A stretch of 63,687 nucleotides of DNA, filler included, from Folioceros fuciformis (GCA_049999805.1; 4 parts of 4 records of this genome joined end to end with filler, not necessarily neighbours in it), one strand, 5' to 3'; shown: positions 11,564-23,681, counted from the first letter of the whole stretch. Program-made: numbers and translations. The notes: a model not told the origin generated them from the letters alone.

Positions 11564-14500
11564 ATGTCTAACATTAATCCTCCCCTTCCCCCTCCTCCAC
11601 CTCCGTCCTCTCTTTCACTTCCTGGTCCTCCTGGCCCTTACAACCCTGTCTTCACATCTGAACTCAAAGAAGAAGACAGGTTTAATGGTCAGAAGTACGA
11701 GGTGTGGAGAGTGCAGATGAAGTCGACATTGTTGGCTAGAGGAGTCTGGGGTATTAGAGATGGCTCTATTCCTGAGCCACCTGCAACTGCCATTCAAGCA
11801 GATAAGGATAAGTGGGCTCATGCAAACAGCATAGGTATAGCCCTTCTTGTTTCTGGCCTGACAGAGGATCTCATTCCTCCTATAGAATTTCTAACCAAGG
11901 CTAGTGAAATTTGGTCCCAGTTAGAGAGCCAGTACAAAGTCAGTAATGTCCTTACACTATGTGCATTACGCACAGAATTCTATGGACTTAAGATGCGAGA
12001 GGGTGACAAAGTTCTTGCTCACACCAGCAAACTTAGACATCTTCGAGCACAACTTACTTCCCTTGGTACAGTGATGGATGAGGTGGACGTGATTGCTCAG
12101 TTGCTCACCAGCCTGCCACCAAGTTACCAGACTTTTGTATCTGCTAACAATGTCCCCATCCGACAGGCTATAGCTGCCGGTGCTGCTGGGAGACAAATTA
12201 CTATTACCTTAGACGAGGTTATAGGTGCCCTCTTCCAGGAAGAGCAGAGCAGGCTCATGTCAGGGACTGGGAAAGCCAAAGCTGACAGAGTGCTTATTGC
12301 ATTCCGTGGCAGAGGGGCACATAAGGATAAAACAAAGATATAGAATTCACAACAAGGAAATAGAAACAAAGGGCAACGCAATCACGCAGGTCCTTCAACA
12401 AAACGTCCTGGAAGCTGCAATTGGTGTGGCAAACCTGGTCATTGGGCCAATGAATGCAGGAAGAAGAAGGCCGGGGAGCCTCGCAAGACTCCTCGTCCTT
12501 CTGCTAGTTCTGTTGTTCAAGATAGACCTGCAGATTCCAACAAACCGGTGGTTAAAATTCTAACCATCTGCCTGTCCACTCTCACAGGTGACAAGGCAGC
12601 CTGGTATTTGGACTCTGGGGCTACTGCCCATATATGTCGTGAGGAATCCCTCTTCACGACATTGACCCCCTCCTCTAGTGTAGACAGAGTCTACTTGGGA
12701 GATGAACGGAATAGCACTAGCCTACAAATTCTAGGACAGGAATCCTGCACATTTAGGCTAAGTGATGGGTCTACGCTTGCTCTTCCAGACGTCCTGTATG
12801 TTCCAAGCATGGCCAAGAATTTGCTGTCTCTCAGCAAACTTTTTCAGCTCAAGATTTTCCAACTAACAGCTCACGAGCATTACTGCTGTTTCTCTCAGAT
12901 AGACTCCCCTTCCATATGTGTCTTTAGGGCTCTGCCTGAGAATGACCTGTATCGTCTGGACTTCACCTGTCTTCCAGGAAGCAAACAAGAAGTCAACTCT
13001 ACAAGTGTAGGAACCCTTTCGGCTAAGCAGCAGTCTATTCTATGGCATGCTAGGCTTGGTCATCTAAATCGCAAGGTTCTGTCCTCCCTTAGTAAGAGTG
13101 ACTACTACAGAGAGCCCATTCCAACATGTTTGAAAGAGCTCCCTCTTTGTGAGACCTGTGCCCTGGCTAAGAAGAAGGAACAGCCATTTCCTACTGGACC
13201 AGCTCACAGAGCAACCACACCCCTGGAACTAGTACATGCTGATATTTCTGGTCGCCTCCAGGTTTCCTCACTTGGAGGGGCAGATTATTACTTCACCATC
13301 ACAGACGACTACACAAGGTACACCTGGACTTTCCCTATGAAAAGAAAGAACGACACTTTCCCCTTATTTCAATACTGGTTGACCACAGTGCAGCGCCAAA
13401 CAGGCTGTCTCCTTAAGATCTTCAGATCTGATAACGGGACAGAGTTTGTAAATCAGTCTTTCGAAGACCTCTTCACAGAACAGGGAATTGTACACCAGTT
13501 TATTGTTCCTTACACACAGCAATAAAATGGTGTTGCTGAACGTAAAAACCAAACACTAATGGGCATGACACGAGCAATGCTGCTTTGGTCTGGTCTCTCC
13601 TCACCTTATTGGGCAGAGGCTGTGGTTACCTCTACCTATATTTTAAACCGCTTACCAACCAGCTCTTTAGTCTCCAAGACACCTTTTGAGCTGCTTTGGC
13701 ATCGTAAACCGAGCCTTCTCCATCTCCGAATTTTTGGCTCTAAGGCCTTTGCCTATATTCCTGCAGACAAGAGGCGTAAGTTAGACAACCGCTCCAAACG
13801 TCTCATCTTCATGGGCTACAGCGAGACAGTCAAAGCATATAAACTTATTGACCCTGTTTCTCGACAACCAGTACTTGCCAGAAGTGTTACCTTTTTGGAA
13901 TCCCTTCAGGCTGCTCCTATTCGAGATGAAGCACTTGATCCTTTTGAACAGCCTGAAGATTCGGATGTCCTAGATTATGAGCTTCCCGGTGTCATTTCTC
14001 TGTACCCCATGGATGTGGACGGCGCGGCCCCTAATTCTGCTGCAGGTAATCCTGGACAGGTCCCTGCTCAGTCACCACAAAATCCAGGACCAGCTCCTGC
14101 CCAGCTTCACAACCCTGGCCAGATCCTTGCCCAACCACAACCAGTTGCTGCTGGTCCCCATTATGATCCTGATCATACAGAACAGGATCCTGAGCATGGT
14201 AACCCAGATTTTGATTTTTCTGCGGAAGATGGGGAAGATGACTTACCTCCTCCTCAGCTATCTGTAGATGTTGCCCCTGCTCCAGTTGACTCTGATGAGG
14301 CTGCTAGACCTCGACGTTCATCAAGGCATAAGCCTCCACCTTCTGAATGGCAGGAACCCCCTTATGCAAGCATTGACTTCAGATGCCCTACTATTTCATC
14401 AGTTTCCTCCCCTCCTGAAGTCCCTCCAGAACCCGTATCTCTTACGGAGGCACTTACTGGACTAGATAAAGACAAATGGAAATTCGCTGTTGATGACGAA

Positions 14501-15973
14501 TATAATAGCCTAATCAAAAATGGCACATGGCGTCTGGTTCCTAGGCCTGCAAACAGGAAAGCCATTACCTGCAAATGGGTCTTTAAACACAAGCTCAATG
14601 CAGAGGGGCATATTGCCCGATATAAAGCTAGGTTATGTGCACGAGGATTTACCCAAGTCGTTGGTTTGGATTACCAGGAGATGTTTTCTCCAGTTGTGCG
14701 TGCTCAAAGTATTCGCATCATCTTAGCCCTTGCTGCACAATATGACCTTGAATTACAGCAGATGGACGTCTGCACGGCCTTCCTCCATGGTCTTCTTGAA
14801 GAAGAACTGTATATGGAGCAGCCAGAGGGGTATGTAGACCCTGCACATCCTGACCACGTCTGCCAGTTAATCAAATGCCTGTATGGACTTAAACAAAGTG
14901 CAGAACGATGGTATAAAAGATGTGATACTGCCCTGAAGTCTCTTGGCTTCACACAGTGCAAAGCTGATTCAAATGTTTATATGTTTTGAGACGGATCTGC
15001 CTATGTTCTTCTTGCACTCTACGTGGATGATGTCATCCTTGCAGCCAGTAACCCTGCCATCCTGTCACATGTGAAGACACTCTTAAGAAATACCTTTGAC
15101 ATGACGGATAGTGGGGACCTTCTCTTCTGTCTCGGGATTCAAGTCCTGAGGGTTAGATCAGAAGGGCTGCTCATCATTCATCAATATAAGTACATAGCAG
15201 AAATTCTACATCGCTTCAACATGGGCCAGGCCCATCCAGCCACTACTCCTGGTGCTGTAGGCACAAAACTTACCAGACATGAGTCTCCTGTGACAGATGC
15301 TGATCAATAGGACATGGCTGATGTGCCTTATCGCCAGGCTGTTGGTAGCTTAATTTTCGTCAGTAATTGGACCCGGCCTGATGTTCAACACTTTGTTAGC
15401 ACAGTTTCTCAGTTCCTGGATAATCCAGGACGTGCCCACTGGACAGCAGTAAAACGGGTTTTCCGCTATCTTAAGGGCACACATTATCTTGGCTTGTGTT
15501 ATAAACATACTGACCAGCCTCACCTTGTGCTTGATGGGTACACGGATGCAAACTGGGCCTCGGACAGTGACTCCCGGAAGAGTCTTTCTACATATGTTTT
15601 CCTCTTGGCACAGGCTGCTATCACCTGGAGCTGTAAAAAACAGACAAGTATTGCCCTGTCAAGTACGGAAGCAGAATATAAGTCCTTGACGGATGCTACA
15701 AAAGAGGTGGAATGGGCACGATCGTTCTTACACGACCTTGGGCAGACTCAAACAGATCCTACTTACCTCTGCTGCGATAATCAATCTGCCATTGCTCTCG
15801 TCGCCAACCCACGCTTCCATGCTCGAACAAAACACATCGAAGTTCACCACCATTACGTCAGAGATGCTGCTGAGAGGGGCCTGGTTAAAATTCTCTATGT
15901 TCCTACTGAAGACAATACAGTAGACATTCTGACCAAGGCTTTATCCAAAGATAAGCATCAAAAACATCAAAAA
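11564..15973 (+). pseudogene. Element C gag-pol, single frame with four premature stops
   Basis: ORFs at 11564, 12548, 13559, 15023 and 15314 share one frame; motifs CNWCGKPGHW, YLDSGATAH, SDNGTEF, YVDD, ARTKHIEV. Confidence 0.95.
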
Positions 15974-16400
15974 CTGGGAACGAGATACCTTGAGCTGAGA
16001 GCTGCCTGAAAATGGTATTGAACTCATTTAGATGATCGGACATCCTTGTCCCTTCCTTCATCTTTAAGTCCACCAGCTGTTTCAACTAGTACACCTAAGA
16101 AGCCGCACTTTGCTTCTCATACAGGTCACACAACTTCTGCCATAGCTCGTAACTTGTGGTCTTGTCTTTCACATTGAAGTAGATCAACTTCAACAATGTT
16201 AGCATGATGGTAGACCTAGCAAGCTCATCTAGATCCTGCCATTCATCATGAGTCATGCTAACAAGTTTCACTCCCAGCAGCTTGATGGGCTTGATTTGCT
16301 TCTTCTGTACTAGAACATTTTACACTTGTTCTTTCCAGAACGGTAAGTTAGTACCATCTAACTTCTCGATATTGAACGTGACGTTTTATGAGGACGTCAT
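15974..16400 (-). pseudogene. Element B gag N-terminal part
   Basis: NIEKLDGTNLPFWKEQV...LVDLKMKEGTRMSDHLNEFN...QGISFP; continues as TMRAMFLL at 10306. Confidence 0.88.
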
Positions 16401-17331
16401 GTTTCAAAATTGATGCGAATCAAGCAAAATAGAAACTATCGGAATGTAATGTAGATTTTGTTACCCTCACACCTTGTTCTAAATTAGTTGTCCACAATTC
16501 AGGTCTTGGTCGCTCACGACTGTAGTCCTATCGTCCGATCGAGATCTCGACGCCTCGTGGCCGAGACGGTTTGGCGCCTGTGCCCCTGCTCTCGGCATCG
16601 GCGCTCTGGCGTCCGCTCTCCAGCACTCAAGATGCCTTCTGGTGCCCGCAATCAGTGTCCGCGACTCTCTCGTCAGGCCCGATCTTTGCCTGCCATCCAC
16701 GTCCTCGCTCGACAACTGGGTCCGCGCCCGCCGGCGTTGCTGGCGCCTGGCGATGCCCCGCCGACCTGCCGTCCGGCTCTGGCAATCCCGTTAGGGGCCT
16801 AAAGCCCCCAGCCCCGCTCCCTCTGGGAGCATAAAGCCTCTGGCACCGCCCCCACTGGGGGTCTGGTGCCCCCGCGGGCCGGGCTGGTGCCCTAGCACCC
16901 CGGCCACGGGCCTGATGGTTCCCCCGGTGCCCCGCCCAAGGTCCAGCGGCGCCCTTGCCCGAGGGGGCGGCGCTGGTGCTGCCTGAGCTGGCCCCCCCCT
17001 AGCGCGGCGGCCGGGGAGCCTAGCGCCCCCTCCTCCTTGCGGCCGGGGCCTGCCTGCCCCTGCTGCAGGACGCCTGAGGGCTGGCAGCCTGCCTGCGGTC
17101 GGGGCGCCCTGTGCGCCCGCGGCGCACATTGCACCCGTCCTCCCGCGGCTTCCTAGTGTCGCCTCGCTCTTAGGGCACACCCCACGCTCCTTGCTTCACA
17201 CAACCTTGCACGGCAAGGTTGGAGATCGTTGCACCCCAGCACTGGGTCGCCGCACACTGCTCCCGGTGGCTGTCTTACTCCGAAGCTTTGCGCACCATCA
17301 CCCTTACTCCAAACTAGGCTCTGATATTAGT

Positions 17332-17601
17332 TGAAGGATCGCTACGGGAGCAATATGGTGAAGGAGGAGAGGAGAAAGAGAGGTCACACTGTCACGATGT
17401 CTTAATAGCAAGGGAGCTCAAGGGGGTATTTATACCCACTAAAAGAGCTCCCTACAAAGCTTCACAAGAAGCACACAAAAAGCTGCGCAAGAAGCTTCCT
17501 ACAGATTAGCTTAAGCTAATCTAAACTAATGATACTTTAGTAGACACTAATCTTAGACTAAACCCATTAGCCTAAGCACATTGGGCTTTATTAACCCTAC
17601 A
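17332..17601 (-). repeat. 5' LTR of element B
   Basis: Homologous to 6389-6665; preceded on + by GCTCTGATATTAGT (degenerate reverse-complement PBS). Confidence 0.92.
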
Positions 17602-18544
17602 GATTGGTTCTTGGCTTTGGAGACAACAGTTGAATTAATAGTCTTAGGCTCCTGCTTTGCCTCATTGGCTTGCTTCTTCCAACACTCTCATTCCCAGTGG
17701 CCAGGTGTTTGACACCAATTACATGTCCCTTGATGTTTGGGGGGCTTGGAACTTGAAGAGGAAGGAGGAGCAAGCTTGGAAGGACCAGAGTGTGATGCCC
17801 TCCAAGGGTTGCTCCCTCTCTTCTATTGCTGATGTTGAGACCGTCCACAAGTCACAAACATCACACACTCTCCACCATGTTTGGACATGCCATAGTTGTA
17901 GTGGGAGGCCTCCTCCTATAGAAGGGCACTCCCAAGCTCTAACACTATTAAGGTGGATTGACCACCAACCACAACTTGTTGAGATGTCCGGATAGTCTGG
18001 TTTTGAGAAGAGATGAACAACTGATAACTAGCTGGAAGGCTAGGTAGAAGCTGGACAGCAGGATCAAACTCATACATAGTAGTCCCAAGTGCAGCCAGTT
18101 GTGCTCGGAGGTACCAAAATTGACTGACATGATGAGCAATGAGATCTCCTGGTTGCATCCGAAGAGTGTAGAACTCTTAACGGACAATGACCAAGGTCAT
18201 GACATTTGTTGATTGATAAATGTCATTGATTTGCTTCCAGGCTTCAGCAGTAGTTAAGCCGCCGTCGGTATGGAGAGTGTTTTCGTCAAGACTTGATACT
18301 AGCATATGCATTGCTTGATGATCTAACTTCATCTAGGCATTGATAGCCGACAGGGGATTGGTTGGTTTAGGGAGAGTTCCCTTCACCTAAGGAAGAAGAT
18401 TACGTGTATTTAAAGCTGTCTTCATCCTTCTAGACCAAATCTCTTACTTCGTGCCATCAAATCTATCCTTTTTTTTAAAGTCTATGGAGACATTCATTAT
18501 ATTAATTACATGTGCCATAGTAGGAGAGAGTGCTTGTTCCTAAA

Positions 18545-18579
<35 letters not shown>
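18545..18579. repeat. (ATT)n microsatellite in the ORF0-gag spacer of A
   Basis: About 11 perfect units. Confidence 0.95.
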
Positions 18580-18581
<2 letters not shown>

Positions 18582-18755
18582 CTGTCTTCAAAAAAAGATT
18601 AAGCGAGCAATGTGTTCTGACACAAGGCTTAGAATGACACAAAAACATTAATAGCACAAGATATTATCAGAATGTTACAAGTCAAGTGAATATAGCCACA
18701 ACATACTCCTACTAAACAATTGGGTAATCCTTCACAGACAGTTTTCATAAACCCC

Positions 18756-19073
18756 TTAGCTACCAAAAGTTGACTCAATTCTGCAAATAGTTTCAACAAC
18801 ATTTACAAGGCTAGTGTTGATGTCGGTAATTGAGTGCCAAAGAGATTGGTAGTGTTGGGAATGTTGCACAAAAGTAGAAGCTTGGACTTGGGCTTCATGA
18901 AACTTGAACTCCTTGAAGGTTGCTTCCAATTTCTCAATAAGTGGAGGAGGTGATTTCGGTTCCTCCTTAAATGCCACAAATGAGAATGCTGATGACGTCC
19001 TTGGGTTGAAGTTGTGAGAGGGAGGAACATATCTCATTGCTAGAATCCGCTAAGGTCATGGAAGACGTCTACC
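18756..19073 (-). pseudogene. ORF0 relic of element A
   Basis: GRRLP*P*RILAMRYVPP...LIEKLEATFKEF...SLWHSITDINTSLVNVVETICRIE, 237 bp upstream of gag. Confidence 0.55.
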
Positions 19074-20143
19074 AATATCAACGCCTTTGTTTGCTGGAGA
19101 AATATTAGAAAAAATGGTGATCAGGAGGGCAAATTGAAAATATATCTAGACCCCTATTTGGCATAATAGGGGTCACACCCATCCGTTGATCCGGCACGGG
19201 TGGCACCCCATTACAGGCCACCTCGGTGTGAAGGGGTGCCTACGACGGGGGCTCTACTTCATGGATAGTCGTCCAACGCCGCTTCTTGAGGAAGCATGTC
19301 CGGATGGGCAGGTGTGTCATTGAGGACGTGCTCTACGCCTCTAGCTTGCTCAACTCCTCCAGCAAAACCAACGCCTCCCACAGAATCCACTCCTCCATCG
19401 AGTGCCACGCCTCCTGCTCACACATTGACCTTTGGATACTTCCTTGTTGCGCACCTGTGGGCACCGTTCCCAACCTTTGCACCTAACCTTGCTGCAAGTA
19501 GAGATTGCCGAGATGAGGATCCCTCCCAAGGGAAATGGAAGCTGGGTATTGTGTCGCCGCTGATGCTTGGTGGGGTAGAGTGCCCAATCCGTTGAGATTG
19601 TTTCTTAAATTGGGAGATTATTGTAAGAATTAGATCGGCATCGTTGCCCTCTCCTTCAAGATTTCTAGAAGAATTGGAGATGCCTAACTGATTTTCTTCA
19701 TGAGATGTGTTGGAAATGTGATGGTTTCATATTTGCGGCCTGAATCTTAAGGAAGTGGGCACAATTTCTCTTGGAAAACCCGATCGCCAATAATGTTTTG
19801 CAATCTCCTTTGTTGGTGGCTCTTGGGGTTAGATGATTGTTGATCATAACCTGTTAATAATAAGGGTTATTTTAGTATAACCTACCTTAGGGTTAATTAA
19901 CCATAGTTATGAAAAGACACTTTGTATATAATACCTTATTTTTTGGTTGAGTTTAATTAATTGTCATTTTATGCAACTTGTGCACTAGCATCTTTTCTTC
20001 TAGCATGGTATCAGAGCCCATGCATTTTTTATCTAGTAGTCCTATGGCTAATTGTAGAAGAAGATTGTCTCTACTTCTATTGTCTAGCATAGAGTGCTAC
20101 TTAGAGTGTTAAAATGCATTTATGCTAGTGAATTTTGTGCAGG

Positions 20144-20599
20144 ATGACGAGGAGAAGGGGAAGCTATTGTTCTTCTAGCTTCAAGCCTTCACAAGGCCAA
20201 AGATTGCAGAGAGAGCAGCAATCCCCACTACAGTCACCTACATTCTACTCTACAAACCCACAGTTTCACTGTGCTAGGGGTAGTAGGTGCCCACCTCCTC
20301 GCTTGCATCCTGCACAACACAATTCCCACAGAATTGCTGCTGAGAGGGTCAATTCAGGTGCTGGAGATATTCAGAGGCGTCTTCTCCAACAAATGAACAA
20401 CAGGCTGGTTTGGCTTGATGAAGTACCTGAAAGAATTAAGGCTTTGGAGGATCGTTTGGATTTTTTGCTGTTAATTTTGCAAGATGTTTCTGCAACAATT
20501 AATAGATTGTATGAATTTCAAATTGCACCTGCACAGTCTACTTCTAATCAGTCCAATTTTGCTAATTTTCAAGCAAATTTGGGTCATCAATCTAGTTGA
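20144..20599 (+). CDS. ORF0 of D, 151 aa, Arg-rich N-terminus and coiled-coil-like segment
   Basis: MTRRRGSY...RRLLQQMNNRLVWLDEVPERIKALEDRLDFLLLILQDVSATINRLYEF. Confidence 0.65.
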   Translation: MTRRRGSYCSSSFKPSQGQRLQREQQSPLQSPTFYSTNPQFHCARGSRCPPPRLHPAQHNSHRIAAERVNSGAGDIQRRLLQQMNNRLVWLDEVPERIKALEDRLDFLLLILQDVSATINRLYEFQIAPAQSTSNQSNFANFQANLGHQSS

Positions 20600-20864
20600 T
20601 ACCTTCAGATAGCAAAAGCCACAGCCTATCCTGAAAGGTTGTGATGAAAGGGTGCCTGCAAAAAGCACCAGCAACTGCCAAAGTTAGTTCCTTTTGATTG
20701 GTTGGCAGTTAGGGTTTTGGCCTTTAATTTAATTTAATTCTATTTTAATTAAATTAGGGTAGCTTTTCACATTGAATGGGTCTTTTGCTTACCTCACATG
20801 CCTCTTCATGTGTTTGTAGTGCTAGGCCTCTTCATATCTGCTCCTTTTTCCACTTTGTCTGCAC

Positions 20865-22108
20865 ATGTCTGCTTTAGATCAGCTTATTTCACAATTTGCT
20901 GCTTTTAGCTTACTTGGTGGGTCAGCAAACATGTCTTCTGCTACAACTTCTGCATTCTCTGGTGACTTCAAAGAAAAGGACCGCTTTGATGGCAAGCCAC
21001 AGCGATTTGAGAGTTGGCGTGCCAGAATGAAGGCCCTTCTTGATGCACGTGATGTTCTGGAATTTGTGGATGGCACCTTTGAACAACCTGGCCCTGCAGC
21101 ACAACAAACTGAAATTGATAAATGGAAAAAGGGTAACAAATTGGCATTTGCTATGCTACTTTCAGGCCTTGATGAGGCCACAGTTTTGGAGGTGGAGTTT
21201 CTACCAACTGCAGCAGATGTCTGGACACAACTACATGATACATATCAAGTAAGGAATATATTGACTCTTGTTGCTGCTAGGAATGAATTCTATGGACTAA
21301 GAATGAAGGAGGGAGATACAATGAGTGCTCACATTACCCGCTTCCGCTACTTGAGACAACAAATTGTTCAGCTTGGTGGAACTGTATTTGATATAGACAC
21401 AGTTGCACAATTGTTGTCTAGTCTTCCTTCCTCCTATCAAAACTTTGTGTCCACACAGAATGTAGCCTTGCGCACCTCTGTTGCCGCAGTTAAAGCAGGT
21501 GGTGCTGCCACCCTCACTTTCAATGAGCTAGTGGGAGCTCTCCATCAAGAGGAGCAGACTCGCCATCGGCCTTCTGGTTCTACAAAGGTTAGAACAGAGA
21601 AATTGTTAGTTGCAATGAAGAAGCCTTTTGGGAAGGGAAAGGGTAAGGGTATGAAAACCCCACCTGGAAATCCCAAAAGGCAAGGCAACTGTAATTGGTG
21701 TCAGCTCCCTGGCCACTGGGAAAGAGAGTGCCGTAAGAAGAAATCAGGAGAAGCTCACAAGGAGCCAAAACTTGAAGCTCATGTTGCTGAAAGAGGCAAC
21801 AAATCTTCTAGTACCCAAAGTGCTCAAAAGAGCAGCTCAACAGTGTTGACTGTCTGCTTGACTTCAACAAGAGAGCATCCCTCTCTTTGGTTCATTGACT
21901 CAGGGGCGACCTCACATGTGTGTAACAATCGCCACCTGTTCACTACCTTCATTAGACAGTCATTCCCACAGTCAGTGTATGTGGGAGATTCACGTGCTGT
22001 GAAGGTACTAGGAAGTGGAACAGTAAGTGTACCTATCTCTAGTGAATTCACTCTTGAATTGCTGGATGTACTTTATGTTCCTGACATGTCAAAGAACCTG
22101 TTGTCAAT
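20865..22108 (+). CDS. Element D gag and protease, open up to the gap
   Basis: FKEKDRFDG, CNWCQLPGHWEREC, LTVCL...WFIDSGATSH. Confidence 0.92.
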
Positions 22109-22208
22109 NNNNNNNNNNNNNNNNNNNNNNNNNNNNNNNNNNNNNNNNNNNNTTAATTAATTAANNNNNNNNNNNNNNNNNNNNNNNNNNNNNNNNNNNN
22201 NNNNNNNN
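22109..22208. other. Artificial contig linker N44-TTAATTAATTAA-N44
   Basis: Six-frame stop linker, the same at three sites. Confidence 0.95.
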
Positions 22209-23287
22209 TCATTTCTAATGAATTTCAAAGCTTTTGCAAGGATGAGGGCATAGGCTGTCAACTTACTGTTGTGTATACTCCGCAGCACAACGGAGTGGCA
22301 GAACGTCTGAATCTTACATTGCAGGAAATGGTTTCCTCCTTGTTGCATGATGCTGAGCTGCCACTTCCCTATTGGGCTGAAGCCCTTATGACCTCCAATT
22401 ACCTGCGCAACAGGCTGCCAACAAGTGCAGTTGCTGATAAAACCCCCTATGAGGCCTTTACAGGCGGCAAACCATCTATACAGCATTTAAGAATGTTTGG
22501 TTGCCTAGCCTATGCATTTATTCCTAAAAAGAAAAGGAGTAAACTTTCAGATAAAGCACGCAAGTTGCTTATGCTAGGCTATACAGAGGGGATAAAAGCT
22601 TACAAGTTGTATGATGTTCCTTCTAACAGAGTGATCTATGCTCGGAGAGTGACATTTGATGAAACCAGGACTTGGGCTTCAGTGGGAGCTCATCCCTCTC
22701 TTCCAGACTCTGATGATGCTGAAGACACTCTTGAAATTTCTTATTTTGACCGTACAGATCATGGCACTCATGATTCGGATGTATCTCTTGCAAGGGGGGA
22801 CACATCAGTTACTGTTCTAGAGTCAGAAGCAGATGCATCTTTGTTAGACTTTGACCAATCTGTTTTGCAGGACCTCCATCCTCATGGAGACATCTTACCT
22901 GATCCCCCTGATCCTCCATTTGATGACCTGCCAGAACCCATTCCTGCAGATGATATTGAATCAGTACCTATGCAAGACTCTGCACTTGTTCGCCGCTATC
23001 CTACCCGTGAACGACGACCTCCTGATTTTTACAATGCACCTGACTTTCGTCCTTCTTCTGATTATGTTCAAGCTTATGCTGCTACTGATCTTGATCCTAT
23101 TGAGCCACAATCATATGCTGAGGCTCTACACAGACCTGATCACAAGGAGTGGGAGAAAGCTATACAGTCAGAATATGATTCACTCATTGATAATGGCACA
23201 TGGGAATTGGCAAAGTTACCCCCTAGCAGAAAAATGGTTACATGCAAATGGGTGTTCAAACTCAAAATTAAAGCAGATGGTACATTT

Positions 23288-23681
23288 TGTTAAGCATGAT
23301 TAATGTTGAGATTAATTAGTGCTAATCCAGCTTATTGAGTTTGTACTAATTAGTGGTAAGAGTGATTAAGGTTATGATTAATATATATAGCTTATTAGAC
23401 TTTGTTATGTTAGGCAAAAAGGTATTGTAGGGTTTGGGGTCATTTATCCCATATTGGGCACGAAATGAGAGTGCCACCCATAGGTCCATAAAAGAAGGGA
23501 TGAACCCACCTAGTATTTGTAGTCTAACTCCCTCTTCACTTGTATTGTATTGTTTTTGTAATTCTTCTTTTATTTAAGTTTAAGAGCCTTGTTATAGTGC
23601 TCTTATTTTTGGGATTCTGCATCTTGCTTCAACTAACTTGTTTTAACCTCTTTTGAGCATGGTGAGGGTGACATCTCAACA
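23288..23681. mobile_element. Solo LTR, 394 bp, copy 2, inside RT of D'
   Basis: Perfect TSD CATTT; removal restores DGTFDRYKARLVARG. Confidence 0.95.

Larger units (their letters stand above)
10307..15973 (+). mobile_element. Copia element C, 3' LTR missing, inserted in gag of B
   Basis: 5' LTR 10307-10513, PBS TGGTATAAGAGCC at 10514, ORF0, gag-pol; sequence switches back to B gag near 15974. Confidence 0.9.
6389..17601 (-). mobile_element. Copia element B, full length, Tork/Tnt1-like, interrupted by C
   Basis: LTRs 6389-6665 and 17332-17601; TSD GTTTG/GATTG (4/5); degenerate Met PBS near 17318-17329; PPT at 6666-6676; domain order gag-PR-IN-RT-RH. Confidence 0.92.
3801..19080 (-). mobile_element. 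Copia element A, degraded, in three pieces (3801-4537, 4937-6388, 17602-19080); no LTRs found
   Basis: gag from ATG 18518 (IDFKKKDRFDG), zinc knuckle near 17700, protease (LTVCL...WLLDSAA) 6039-6388, integrase 4940-5900, RT start 3801-4184; the frame rejoins across B as KAKNQ|TKAEVALTVCL. Confidence 0.85.
19852..22108 (+). mobile_element. Copia element D, 5' half, cut by contig end
   Basis: LTR 19852-20005 (TGTTAA...CTAGCA), PBS TGGTATCAGAGC 20006-20017, ORF0, gag-protease. Confidence 0.9.

Noticed and set aside
14045-14145. NPG-x-x-x-AQ peptide repeats in C
   Set aside because: Ordinary expansion in the variable integrase-RT linker
11564-15973. Stops repaired by U-to-C RNA editing or programmed readthrough
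   Set aside because: Such editing is known from organelles; related elements have sense codons where they can be compared, so C-to-T decay is simpler
16479-17180. Several overlapping Pro/Ala/Arg-rich ORFs as an ORF0 of B
   Set aside because: They are open on both strands because high GC suppresses stops; no coherent protein signal
20006-20017. tRNA gene
   Set aside because: A 12-nt primer binding site complementary to the initiator Met tRNA 3' end, not a tRNA
22153-22164. TTAATTAATTAA palindrome as a biological site (also at 46568 and 53419)
   Set aside because: Always centred in N44 flanks; an assembly linker
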